Source: a virus | Taxonomy: Duplodnaviria; Caudoviricetes | Length of the DNA stretch: 60,823 nucleotides | Reading direction: 5' to 3' (one strand) | Virus record (IMG/VR): IMGVR_UViG_3300037991_005796 | Location: 1 to 60,823 of that record | Shown: positions 49,734-57,886 of the stretch, piece by piece | Position numbering within the stretch: the stretch's first letter is position 1 | How the letters are laid out: each line of letters opens with the position of its first letter | Program-made: the position numbers and the translations under genes | Notes under the pieces: model-generated | Seen by the model: the letters and a program-made list of their open reading frames with translations, nothing else | What the model was told of the DNA's origin: nothing | The model's database searches: none

Positions 49734-50472
49734 CGGAGATAGCTGGACACAAGGAGATAGTCCTGCACAGACGGTTAACTGGGATTCGAATGAATCATTA
49801 GACTGGTATAATATACCTCATAATTTTGGTAGTTACCACTTACCGACTAAATCAGTACAGTTAAAATTTTACGATTCAGAAGTATGGCCTAAGGTTTTAG
49901 GAAGGAATTTAAAAATAGATACTATTAATGCTGGAAGACTAGGAGATGATAATCAAGGAATAACCAGAAGAACTATATACTTAGCCGAAAAGTATACAGC
50001 TTTATATGATCCAAGTAAAATTTTAGTAGTTATAGGATGGTCATCTTGTCTTAGAGAACCAGTATTTGAAATAAATAAAAAGAATAAAATTACACTAAGT
50101 CAAATTAGACCTTTTAATCATTTAAAAGATACTTTACCTTCTTCTATAATATATGCAGATAAATTTGCTTTGACTGTTTATACTTTACAAAGTTATCTTG
50201 AAAATAAAAAAATTAAATTTTTATTTTTTAATGCTTTTGATAATTTTAGTTATAAAGAAAGTAATTTTAAACATTTAATAAAAACTAAATATTGGTTAAA
50301 TAATGATCCTGAAACTAGTCATTTTTATAGTTATTTAAAAGAAAAATATAATATAAAAAATATCGGCGATGAATCAGAAAATATGATATCAGCTCATCCT
50401 ACTGACAAAGCACATACCGAATGGGGTGAATATCTAACTAAATATATAAAAGATAATTATGAGCTCAATTAA
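49717..50472 (+). CDS. SGNH/GDSL-like protein (closest to 28866)
   Basis: NGDSWTQG, VWP, VIGWSS, LFFNAF, SAHP. Confidence 0.72.
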   Translation: MILLCNGDSWTQGDSPAQTVNWDSNESLDWYNIPHNFGSYHLPTKSVQLKFYDSEVWPKVLGRNLKIDTINAGRLGDDNQGITRRTIYLAEKYTALYDPSKILVVIGWSSCLREPVFEINKKNKITLSQIRPFNHLKDTLPSSIIYADKFALTVYTLQSYLENKKIKFLFFNAFDNFSYKESNFKHLIKTKYWLNNDPETSHFYSYLKEKYNIKNIGDESENMISAHPTDKAHTEWGEYLTKYIKDNYELN

Positions 50473-51832
50473 ACTAGTAATATTTGACTTAGATGGAGTT
50501 TTAGTAGAAGCTAAAAATATGCATTTTGATGCTCTGAATGAAGCTTTATCTGAAATAAACCCAGGTTATAAAATAGATTGGTCTGAACATTTAAACAAAT
50601 ATGACGGATTAAAAACTTTTCAAAAACTAGACCTACTTACAAAAGAAAAAGGATTACCAGCAGAAATACATAAACAAGTTTGGGAAAGAAAACAACAACT
50701 TACTTTAGGTAAATTAAGTAGAATAGAACCAGACGGTAATTTAATAGATACATTTGTTGATTTATATAACAGAGGGTTTAAACTTGCTGTTTGCTCAAAT
50801 TCTATAAGAAGAACTTGCCTAACAGTTCTATCTAAATTAGGTTTAATCGAATACTTAGATTTAATCATATCTAATGAAGATGTAAAAAATGGTAAACCTC
50901 ATCCTGAAATGTACTGGAAAGGTATATCAATGATGAGCTGCTTACCGGAAGAAACATTAATAGTAGAAGATTCACCTTACGGTTTACTTGCAGCTGCTAG
51001 AAGTAAGTCTTTTATTTTAAGAGTCAAAAATCCTACAGAAGTAACAACAGAGAATATTATGAATAAAATTAACAGTATAGATTTTGGAGAAAAACAATTA
51101 AAACCTGCATGGAGAGATGATAAGCTAAATATACTTATTCCTATGGCTGGAGCAGGTAAAAGATTTGAACAAGCTGGGTATACATTTCCTAAACCTTTGA
51201 TAGATGTTAAAGGTAGGCCTATGATACAGGTTGTTACAGAAAATTTAAATATAAAAGCTAATTACATTTATGTAGTACAGAAAGAACATAGAGAAAAATA
51301 TAACTTAGATACTTTATTAAATTTAATTACCCCAGGCTGTAAAATAGTCGAGACCGAAGGCGTTACAGAAGGAGCAGCTTGTACTGCATTATTAGCTAAA
51401 AAATATATAGATAATAATAAACCTTTATTTTTTGCTAATTCAGATCAATTTGTAGAATGGGATTCTACTGAATTTTTGTATAAGATGAATGAGACAGATG
51501 CAGACGGTGGAATAGTTACCTTTAAAGCTACTCATCCAAAATGGAGCTTTGCTAAATTAAATAATGAAGGTTTAGTAACAGAAGTAGCAGAGAAGAATCC
51601 TATTTCTGATATAGCTACAGTTGGTTTTTATTACTGGAAAAAAGGTTCTGATTTCGTCAAGTATGCTGAAGAAATGATAGAAAAAGATATTAGAGTAAAT
51701 AATGAATTTTATGTTTGCCCAGTTTTTAATCAAGCTATAGGTGATAAAAAAGAAATAAGAACTTATAATATTTCAAAAATGTGGGGATTAGGAACACCTG
51801 AAGATTTGAAAAACTTTTTAGAGAATTATTAA
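50459..51832 (+). CDS. Bifunctional HAD phosphatase + BcbE-like nucleotidyltransferase
   Basis: FDLDGVL, CSNS, KPHPEMY, VEDS; then PMAGAGKRF, KPLIDV, NSDQ, NNEFYVCP, LGTPE. Confidence 0.88.
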   Translation: MSSIKLVIFDLDGVLVEAKNMHFDALNEALSEINPGYKIDWSEHLNKYDGLKTFQKLDLLTKEKGLPAEIHKQVWERKQQLTLGKLSRIEPDGNLIDTFVDLYNRGFKLAVCSNSIRRTCLTVLSKLGLIEYLDLIISNEDVKNGKPHPEMYWKGISMMSCLPEETLIVEDSPYGLLAAARSKSFILRVKNPTEVTTENIMNKINSIDFGEKQLKPAWRDDKLNILIPMAGAGKRFEQAGYTFPKPLIDVKGRPMIQVVTENLNIKANYIYVVQKEHREKYNLDTLLNLITPGCKIVETEGVTEGAACTALLAKKYIDNNKPLFFANSDQFVEWDSTEFLYKMNETDADGGIVTFKATHPKWSFAKLNNEGLVTEVAEKNPISDIATVGFYYWKKGSDFVKYAEEMIEKDIRVNNEFYVCPVFNQAIGDKKEIRTYNISKMWGLGTPEDLKNFLENY

Positions 51833-52455
51833 TGATTTGGTTTTCAACAATACAGAAATGCGGTTCGTCTTCTTTAAGGACTATACTTAAAAAAGAAAAA
51901 GAAAGTACTGTGGCTAGATTTCATGAACATGGATATTTTTTTAATCCTTGGACCAATGGAGAAGATTCAAAAAAACTATGGTATCAATTTGGATGGAAAA
52001 ATCCTATCTTAGATAATAAAATGCAACCTGATGATAAATTTATAGCTATTGTTAGAAATCCTTTTGATATTTTTGTAAGTTACTTTTTACATTATAGACA
52101 GACAGGGTGGGCTAGTGTAAACTTAGCTCATAATATCGAAACTTTTGATGATTTTTATAATAAGTATGTAGACCCTGATTTTGTATGGCACTTACCGCCT
52201 ATGAAAAAAAGTATGTTTAGTTTTATTTACGATAAAGATGATAATTTAATGATAGATGATTTTTTTAAATTAGAAGAAATAGATAAATTAAATTTATTCC
52301 TTAAAGAAAATAAACTTCCAGAATTACCTTTTGAAAATAAAACTCAAAATAAAAAACATTATAAAACATATTATAGTAAAGAACAGATTGATACTTTAAG
52401 AAAAATTTGGAAAAAAGACTTAGATTATTTTAATTATGATTTTGATATCTCATAG
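51832..52455 (+). CDS. Carbohydrate sulfotransferase (Sulfotransfer_2-like)
   Basis: IQKCGSSS, IVRNPFDIFVSY, YKTYY, DLDYFNYDF. Confidence 0.8.
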   Translation: MIWFSTIQKCGSSSLRTILKKEKESTVARFHEHGYFFNPWTNGEDSKKLWYQFGWKNPILDNKMQPDDKFIAIVRNPFDIFVSYFLHYRQTGWASVNLAHNIETFDDFYNKYVDPDFVWHLPPMKKSMFSFIYDKDDNLMIDDFFKLEEIDKLNLFLKENKLPELPFENKTQNKKHYKTYYSKEQIDTLRKIWKKDLDYFNYDFDIS

Positions 52456-52879
52456 AGGAAATTTAAACGGACCAGATCCTTCTAAAGAAAATAAACCTTC
52501 TTATATAACAAATGCTATAAGGACAGGATTTCAAGTAGAAGTAGATTTTTGGTTTGTTGATAATAAATTTTATTTAGGTCATGATGAACCTGAGTATGAC
52601 GTTCCTTTCGATTGGTTTCAAAATGTTAGTAATAAACTTTGGATACATTGTAAGAATGTAGAAGCAGTTAGTAAATTAGTAGAAGTAGATAGAGGAGGAG
52701 TTTACCTTAATTATTTTTGGCACGAAGAAGATAAAGTTACACTTACTTCAAAAGGATACATATGGGCATACCCAGGAGTAGAGTGTAAGAATGGAATAAA
52801 AGTAATGCCAAAAGAATCGAAAAATAAATTAGGAGAATGTTTAGGAGTGTGCAGTGATAATATAATGGATTATGTATAA
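52436..52879 (+). CDS. Glycerophosphodiester phosphodiesterase/PLC-like protein
   Basis: ISHRGN, EN, VEVD, LGHD, WIHCKN, GVCSD. Confidence 0.75.
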   Translation: MILISHRGNLNGPDPSKENKPSYITNAIRTGFQVEVDFWFVDNKFYLGHDEPEYDVPFDWFQNVSNKLWIHCKNVEAVSKLVEVDRGGVYLNYFWHEEDKVTLTSKGYIWAYPGVECKNGIKVMPKESKNKLGECLGVCSDNIMDYV

Positions 52880-53630
52880 AAGTTTTACAAACATAATTAA
52901 CTCAGGGTGTAGTTTTATGGCATACCCTTGGGAGTGGCAGAATAAGCATAGAGATTCTTACGATTCAACTGTAGATCCTGGAGTAGATAAACAGAACTTA
53001 GCTTATTATTATTCTTGGAGTAACCAATTATCTATAAAAACTAAACTTCCTTTTATCAATTTAGCTTTTCCAGGTAATAGTAATCAAAATGCTATCAATA
53101 CTATAGTCAGGACAGTTCAAAAAAATAACCTAACTAATAGTTTTATAGTATTAGGACTTACCCAGACTATCAGACATACTATTCCTAGTAAGTACGGAGT
53201 TGATGATCCTCTTGTAGTGAAAGTTACTAGTAAACAGGTAAGATCTTCAGAAGCTAAAAATAAAGTAACTGATAATGATATAGAAAATTATAGTAAGTAT
53301 TGGTATAAAGTAAATTATGATGAGGTTTATCAATTAGATAATATTAAAATTCAATTATCGATGTTAAACGAATTCGTTAAAAGTAAGAATAGTAAATTAT
53401 TAGTTATTGATAATCTTTTAAACTTAGAGTTATACAAAAAACAAGAAATAAAAAATTATGAATACTTTTTTTCTTTCGATGATAGGTCTGGTATAAGTTG
53501 GCCGCACTATATAAAGTGGTATGATGATAGCTATGATATAGAATGTCATCCTAACGCTTTTGATCATCGCAAATTTAGTCAACTTTTATACGAAAACTTT
53601 TTTTATAAATCAAAACAAAAATTTATTTAA
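52872..53630 (+). CDS. SGNH/GDSL-like protein
   Basis: SGCSFM, NLAFPGNSN, VLGLT, ECHPN. Confidence 0.72.
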   Translation: MYKSFTNIINSGCSFMAYPWEWQNKHRDSYDSTVDPGVDKQNLAYYYSWSNQLSIKTKLPFINLAFPGNSNQNAINTIVRTVQKNNLTNSFIVLGLTQTIRHTIPSKYGVDDPLVVKVTSKQVRSSEAKNKVTDNDIENYSKYWYKVNYDEVYQLDNIKIQLSMLNEFVKSKNSKLLVIDNLLNLELYKKQEIKNYEYFFSFDDRSGISWPHYIKWYDDSYDIECHPNAFDHRKFSQLLYENFFYKSKQKFI

Positions 53631-53891
53631 ATGTCTAAAAAAATAAAACTTAATCAAGAAGATATAAAAGCTTTAACTGATCTTAATAATCAAAAAAAGA
53701 TTTTAAGAGATAAACTAGTTACTATAGGATTACTAGAATTAGAAGTAGAGGATAAAAAAGACGAAGTTAAAAATTTTCGTAAAAATATAAACGCTATCCA
53801 AAGCGGTTTAGGACAAAAATTAACTCAAATTTATGGTGACGGAACTATAGATTATGATGCAATGGAATTTATTCCTAAAAAATCTTCTTAA
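53631..53891 (+). CDS. Small coiled-coil hypothetical protein
   Basis: 86 aa; C-terminal YGDGTID; precedes sheath. Confidence 0.6.
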   Translation: MSKKIKLNQEDIKALTDLNNQKKILRDKLVTIGLLELEVEDKKDEVKNFRKNINAIQSGLGQKLTQIYGDGTIDYDAMEFIPKKSS

Positions 53892-53917
53892 ACTTAACTT
53901 TTACACTCTTCTTTCGA

Positions 53918-53980
53918 TATTTATATATGTAATTAAGGACCATTTAACTGTAATTGGTTTCCATTTTACCCATATATTTA
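53918..53980 (+). promoter_or_regulatory. Tandem TATTTATA motifs upstream of tail sheath
   Basis: Octamers at 53918-53925 and 53973-53980. Confidence 0.6.
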
Positions 53981-54009
53981 TAATAGACTAAATATAAACT
54001 TAAGAGAAC

Positions 54010-55770
54010 ATGGCAGAACAAATCATCTCTCCAGGTGTATTTCAAAGAGAAAACGATATTTCATTTATTCAACCGGCACCAGTTGAAGTTGGAGCAGCTA
54101 TAATTGGTCCTACTGTAAAAGGTCCCGTTGAAGACCCTACTATAGTAAGATCTTATAATGAGTACGTAAGAGTGTTTGGTGATATATTAGAATTTTCTGG
54201 TTCTAATTACGAATACTTTACATCAATGGCCGCAAAAAATTACTTCGAGCAAGGAGGTAATTCTATATTAGTATCTAGAGTAGTTTCTGGATCATTCACA
54301 AAAGCAGAGAGTACACACATCTCAGCATCAGCTTATAATAGTGTAGAACCATTTACTTTAGGAACTTTAGGTAAAGGAGCAGTATATAATAACGCAACAG
54401 CTTCATCACCCATAACACCTGAACTAAATAGCGATGGGTCTTTAGTTTCTGGATCTAGCGATAACCTTAGATGGGAAATTAACAACGTAAATACTAGCTC
54501 AGGTACTTTCTCACTTTCAGTAAGAAGAGGAGACGATAGAGATAAAGCTAAAGTAATATTAGAAACATTTAACGATCTTTCTTTAGATCCTAATTCACCG
54601 AATTGGATAGCATCAGTAATAGGTACTCAAACTAGATCTATATCAGCTGACGGTACTACTATTATTAGCACAGGAGATCATCCAAATAGATCAAATTATA
54701 TTTATGTAGCTTCTACACCTGCTTCAGGTAGTACTTTAAATTATTTAAAATCTGATGGTATATCAATTGGAAGTTCTTCAATTGACAATACTCCTTACGA
54801 TCAAATTTTACCATTAGAAACTTCTGGATCATTCTACAATGCTACCGGACATACAGCAGTATCTGCTAGTATGAAATTCTGTGAGCATGCAGCGAATACT
54901 TCAAATATGAACCAAGGTATACATAATGATAACTATACAGCTACTATTACCTTACTAGAGAATAAAGATGAATTTAAATATAATATTTTATCTGCTCCTG
55001 GTATTAGTCATGCTGGACATACTTCGGTATTTAATAGTTTAGTATCTTTAGTAGAATCTAGAGGAGATGCAATTTTTGTAGGTGATTTACATGGACACGG
55101 ACAGACAGTATCTACGATAGAAGGACAAGCTAAGAACGTAAATAGTTCTTATGCGGCAACATACTGGCCTTGGGTACAAGTATTATCAGCAACAGGTAAG
55201 AGCTGTTGGGTACCTGCTTCAGTAGTAATTCCTGGAACATATGCATTTACTGACGGAGCTAATGCACCTTGGTTCGCACCAGCTGGATTAGTAAGAGGAG
55301 GCTTAACTGGAGTTATTCAAGCAGAAAGAAGATTAACTAGAACACAAAGAGATACATTATATAGAGGTAAAGTAAATCCAATTGCTACATTCCCTGGAAC
55401 AGGTATTGCAGTATTTGGACAAAAGACTTTACAGACTAAAGCTTCAGCTTTAGATAGAGTAAACGTTAGAAGATTATTAATAGCATTAAAAGAATTTATT
55501 GGTAACCAAGCTAACAATTTAGTATTCGAACAAAATACTGTTGCAACAAGAAATAGTTTCTTAGCTGCAGTTAATCCTTACTTAGACTCAGTTGTACAGA
55601 GACAAGGTCTTTACGCATTCAGAGTAGTAATGGACGATACTAATAATACAGCAGATGTAGTTGATAGAAATCAACTAGTAGGTCAAATATTTATTCAGCC
55701 AACTAAAACAGCAGAATTTATAGTACTTGACTTCGTAGTTGAGCCGACTGGAGCTACATTTGGTAACTAA
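54010..55770 (+). CDS. gp18: Contractile tail sheath protein (gp18-like)
   Basis: SPGVFQREND, GPTVKGP, YAATYWPW, PWFAPAG..RG, FGQKTLQ, DRVNVRRLL, FEQN. Confidence 0.95.
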   Translation: MAEQIISPGVFQRENDISFIQPAPVEVGAAIIGPTVKGPVEDPTIVRSYNEYVRVFGDILEFSGSNYEYFTSMAAKNYFEQGGNSILVSRVVSGSFTKAESTHISASAYNSVEPFTLGTLGKGAVYNNATASSPITPELNSDGSLVSGSSDNLRWEINNVNTSSGTFSLSVRRGDDRDKAKVILETFNDLSLDPNSPNWIASVIGTQTRSISADGTTIISTGDHPNRSNYIYVASTPASGSTLNYLKSDGISIGSSSIDNTPYDQILPLETSGSFYNATGHTAVSASMKFCEHAANTSNMNQGIHNDNYTATITLLENKDEFKYNILSAPGISHAGHTSVFNSLVSLVESRGDAIFVGDLHGHGQTVSTIEGQAKNVNSSYAATYWPWVQVLSATGKSCWVPASVVIPGTYAFTDGANAPWFAPAGLVRGGLTGVIQAERRLTRTQRDTLYRGKVNPIATFPGTGIAVFGQKTLQTKASALDRVNVRRLLIALKEFIGNQANNLVFEQNTVATRNSFLAAVNPYLDSVVQRQGLYAFRVVMDDTNNTADVVDRNQLVGQIFIQPTKTAEFIVLDFVVEPTGATFGN

Positions 55771-55783
55771 TTTGAAAAGTAGA

Positions 55784-55791
55784 TATTTATA
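55784..55791 (+). promoter_or_regulatory. TATTTATA putative late promoter
   Basis: 13 nt before tail tube ATG. Confidence 0.6.
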
Positions 55792-55804
55792 ATAAATAAA
55801 GAAC

Positions 55805-56290
55805 ATGGCAATACTAGACGCAAACGAAATAATGTTTAAAGCATTCGAACCTAAAGTTCAGAACAGATTTGTAATGCTTATAGATAACATTCCATCTTTT
55901 ATGATAAAGAATGTTAAAGCACCTACTTTTACTGATAATGTTATTAAACTAGACCATATTAATTCATATAGAAAAATTAGAGGTAAGAGAGAGTGGGAAG
56001 ATGTAACAATGACGTTATATGATCCAATCACTCCTTCTGGTGCTCAAGCAGTAATGGAATGGGCAAGAGCTTCATACGAATCAGTTACTGGTAGAGCTGG
56101 ATATTCTGATTTTTATAAAAAAGACATAACTTTAAATATTTTAGGACCTGTAGGAGATATAATTGGTGAGTGGATATTTAAAGGAGCATTCTTAACTAAC
56201 GGTGATTTTGGACAGTATGACTGGACATCTGACGAATCTGTAGAAGTTTCAATCACTGTAGCAATGGATTACTGTATATTAAATTATTAA
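55805..56290 (+). CDS. gp19: Tail tube protein (gp19-like)
   Basis: EPKVQNRF, WEDVTMTLYDPI, GDIIGEWIFKGAF; follows sheath. Confidence 0.9.
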   Translation: MAILDANEIMFKAFEPKVQNRFVMLIDNIPSFMIKNVKAPTFTDNVIKLDHINSYRKIRGKREWEDVTMTLYDPITPSGAQAVMEWARASYESVTGRAGYSDFYKKDITLNILGPVGDIIGEWIFKGAFLTNGDFGQYDWTSDESVEVSITVAMDYCILNY

Positions 56291-56315
56291 TAGCAGGCAC
56301 ATATTTTAATAAATT

Positions 56316-56340
56316 AAACCCGGTACATCCGGGTTTTTTT
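56316..56340 (+). terminator. Rho-independent terminator after tail tube
   Basis: AAACCCGG-tacat-CCGGGTTT followed by a T run. Confidence 0.85.
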
Positions 56341-56345
56341 ATATA

Positions 56346-57077
56346 ATGAAAATAGCAGTTATAATAATAGGTAGATTAGATTTCGTATCACAAGAAAATT
56401 TAGAATTAAATAAAAGACTTCTAAAAAACTGTGACATCTTTATTCATTCGAGTGAAGACTATAAACTTAAAGCATTTGACTTAGACCCTGTCAGCGTTGT
56501 TCTAACTAAGGCAGACAAGTATGATTGTGTTATAGATACTTTTCATAAAATATATAGTAATGAAATAAAAGAGCAAAAAAAATATCACAATATAAAGCAT
56601 TACGATCCTAACTTTAACAGAATTATTCAGTGGATAAGGTATGAAGATAGTTTAAGAACGTTTGATTTAGAAAATTATGATGTAGTTCTAAAATGGAGAA
56701 CTGATATACCTAATATACAAGGACCTGCTAATGAATACTTAAAAGAATTTTCAGATAAATACGAAAATTTTGAAGAATTTTTTAATTCTAGTTATAATTC
56801 TGAGTATTTTTATATGAATAATGATCTTTACTTTGCAGGATCTTTAGAAAAAATGAAACAATGTAGTTTTTTCCATAGAATAAAAGATTTTATAGCAAAA
56901 AAAGAAGAAGATTATGAATACGATACTAATTTACTCGAAAAATGCAATTTAAAAGCCGGTAAATTTAAATGGCTTGATAGTTCTACTAAACACTTTGACT
57001 TCCTCTTTACTAGCGAATCAGCTATGATCATAAATAACCTACAGAATAACTTGATAATGAAAAGTTTTACTGATTAG
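56346..57077 (+). CDS. Putative glycosyltransferase, IAVCLSGQLR/RPD family (copy 3, outside island)
   Basis: MKIAVIIIGRL, DIFIHS, IIQW, YDVVLKWRTD, NDLYFAG. Confidence 0.55.
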   Translation: MKIAVIIIGRLDFVSQENLELNKRLLKNCDIFIHSSEDYKLKAFDLDPVSVVLTKADKYDCVIDTFHKIYSNEIKEQKKYHNIKHYDPNFNRIIQWIRYEDSLRTFDLENYDVVLKWRTDIPNIQGPANEYLKEFSDKYENFEEFFNSSYNSEYFYMNNDLYFAGSLEKMKQCSFFHRIKDFIAKKEEDYEYDTNLLEKCNLKAGKFKWLDSSTKHFDFLFTSESAMIINNLQNNLIMKSFTD

Positions 57078-57110
57078 TTGGTTTCAAAATTTATTTTACT
57101 TATATTTATA
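57075..57110 (+). promoter_or_regulatory. TAGTTG-N17-ACTTATATT motif overlapping a TATTTATA motif
   Basis: TAGTTG 57075-57080, ACTTATATT 57098-57106, TATTTATA 57103-57110. Confidence 0.55.
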
Positions 57111-57136
57111 TATAAATCGGTTTTAAAAAAGAATTT

Positions 57137-57886
57137 ATGAGTTCAAAATTTAACTTACCTACCGAAACGGTAGAATTACCATCGAAAGGGTTATTATATC
57201 CTGAAGATTCTCCTTTAAATAGCGGTGTTGTTGAAATGAAGTACATGACTGCTAAAGAAGAAGATATCTTAACTAATCAAAACTATATAAACCAAGGTAT
57301 AGTAATAGATAAATTATTAGAATCTTTAATAGTAGATAAATCTATTAAGTATAATGATCTACTTTTAGGAGATAAAAACGCTATTATGATAGCAGCACGT
57401 ATTTTATCATACGGTTCTAAATACCCAGTACTTTACTTAGGTAAAGAAGTAGAAATTGACTTAACTAAAATAGATAATAAACCTTTAATTAGTGAGTTTG
57501 AGAAAGCAACTCAAAATGAGTTTGAATTTACCCTACCTCAGTCTAATAATAAAGTTACTTATAAAATTTTAACTGCTGGAGATGAAACAGCTATTGAAGA
57601 AGAAATAAAAGGCTTACAGAAGATAAATAAAAATGCTTCTCCTGAAATTACTACTAGATTAAAATATATTATAACATCAGTAAATGATTCTAGATCTATA
57701 GGAGATATTAGAGATTTTGTTGATAACTACTTACTAGCATCAGATTCTAGAGCTCTACGTAAAGAGTATAGTAGAATAATGCCTGATATTGATCTTACGT
57801 TTGAACATACAAACAATGATGGCGGAAAGGAGAGGGTAGGCATTCCAATAGGCCTAGACTTTTTTTGGCCTAACGAAGGATTATAG
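57137..57886 (+). CDS. T4 gp26-like baseplate hub/tail assembly chaperone
   Basis: VELPSKG, MTAKEEDIL, GDKNAIMIAAR..YG, FTLP, terminal PIGLDFFWP. Confidence 0.8.
   Translation: MSSKFNLPTETVELPSKGLLYPEDSPLNSGVVEMKYMTAKEEDILTNQNYINQGIVIDKLLESLIVDKSIKYNDLLLGDKNAIMIAARILSYGSKYPVLYLGKEVEIDLTKIDNKPLISEFEKATQNEFEFTLPQSNNKVTYKILTAGDETAIEEEIKGLQKINKNASPEITTRLKYIITSVNDSRSIGDIRDFVDNYLLASDSRALRKEYSRIMPDIDLTFEHTNNDGGKERVGIPIGLDFFWPNEGL

Noticed and set aside
21290-53891. Island as bacterial LPS/capsule contamination or a chimeric assembly
   Set aside because: It is co-oriented and tightly joined to phage genes at both ends, lacks membrane export genes and mobile-element scars, and a paralogous gene sits within the tail module; read mapping would be the final check
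21290-53891. A8-A9 homopolymer runs as phase-variation switches
   Set aside because: Expected in very AT-rich, Lys-rich genes, and the ORFs appear intact
7824-57086. GGTTTC upstream of three TATTTATA motifs (7824, 53956, 57080) as a -35-like element
   Set aside because: Spacing is inconsistent (12, 10 and 16 nt) and it is absent at the other copies
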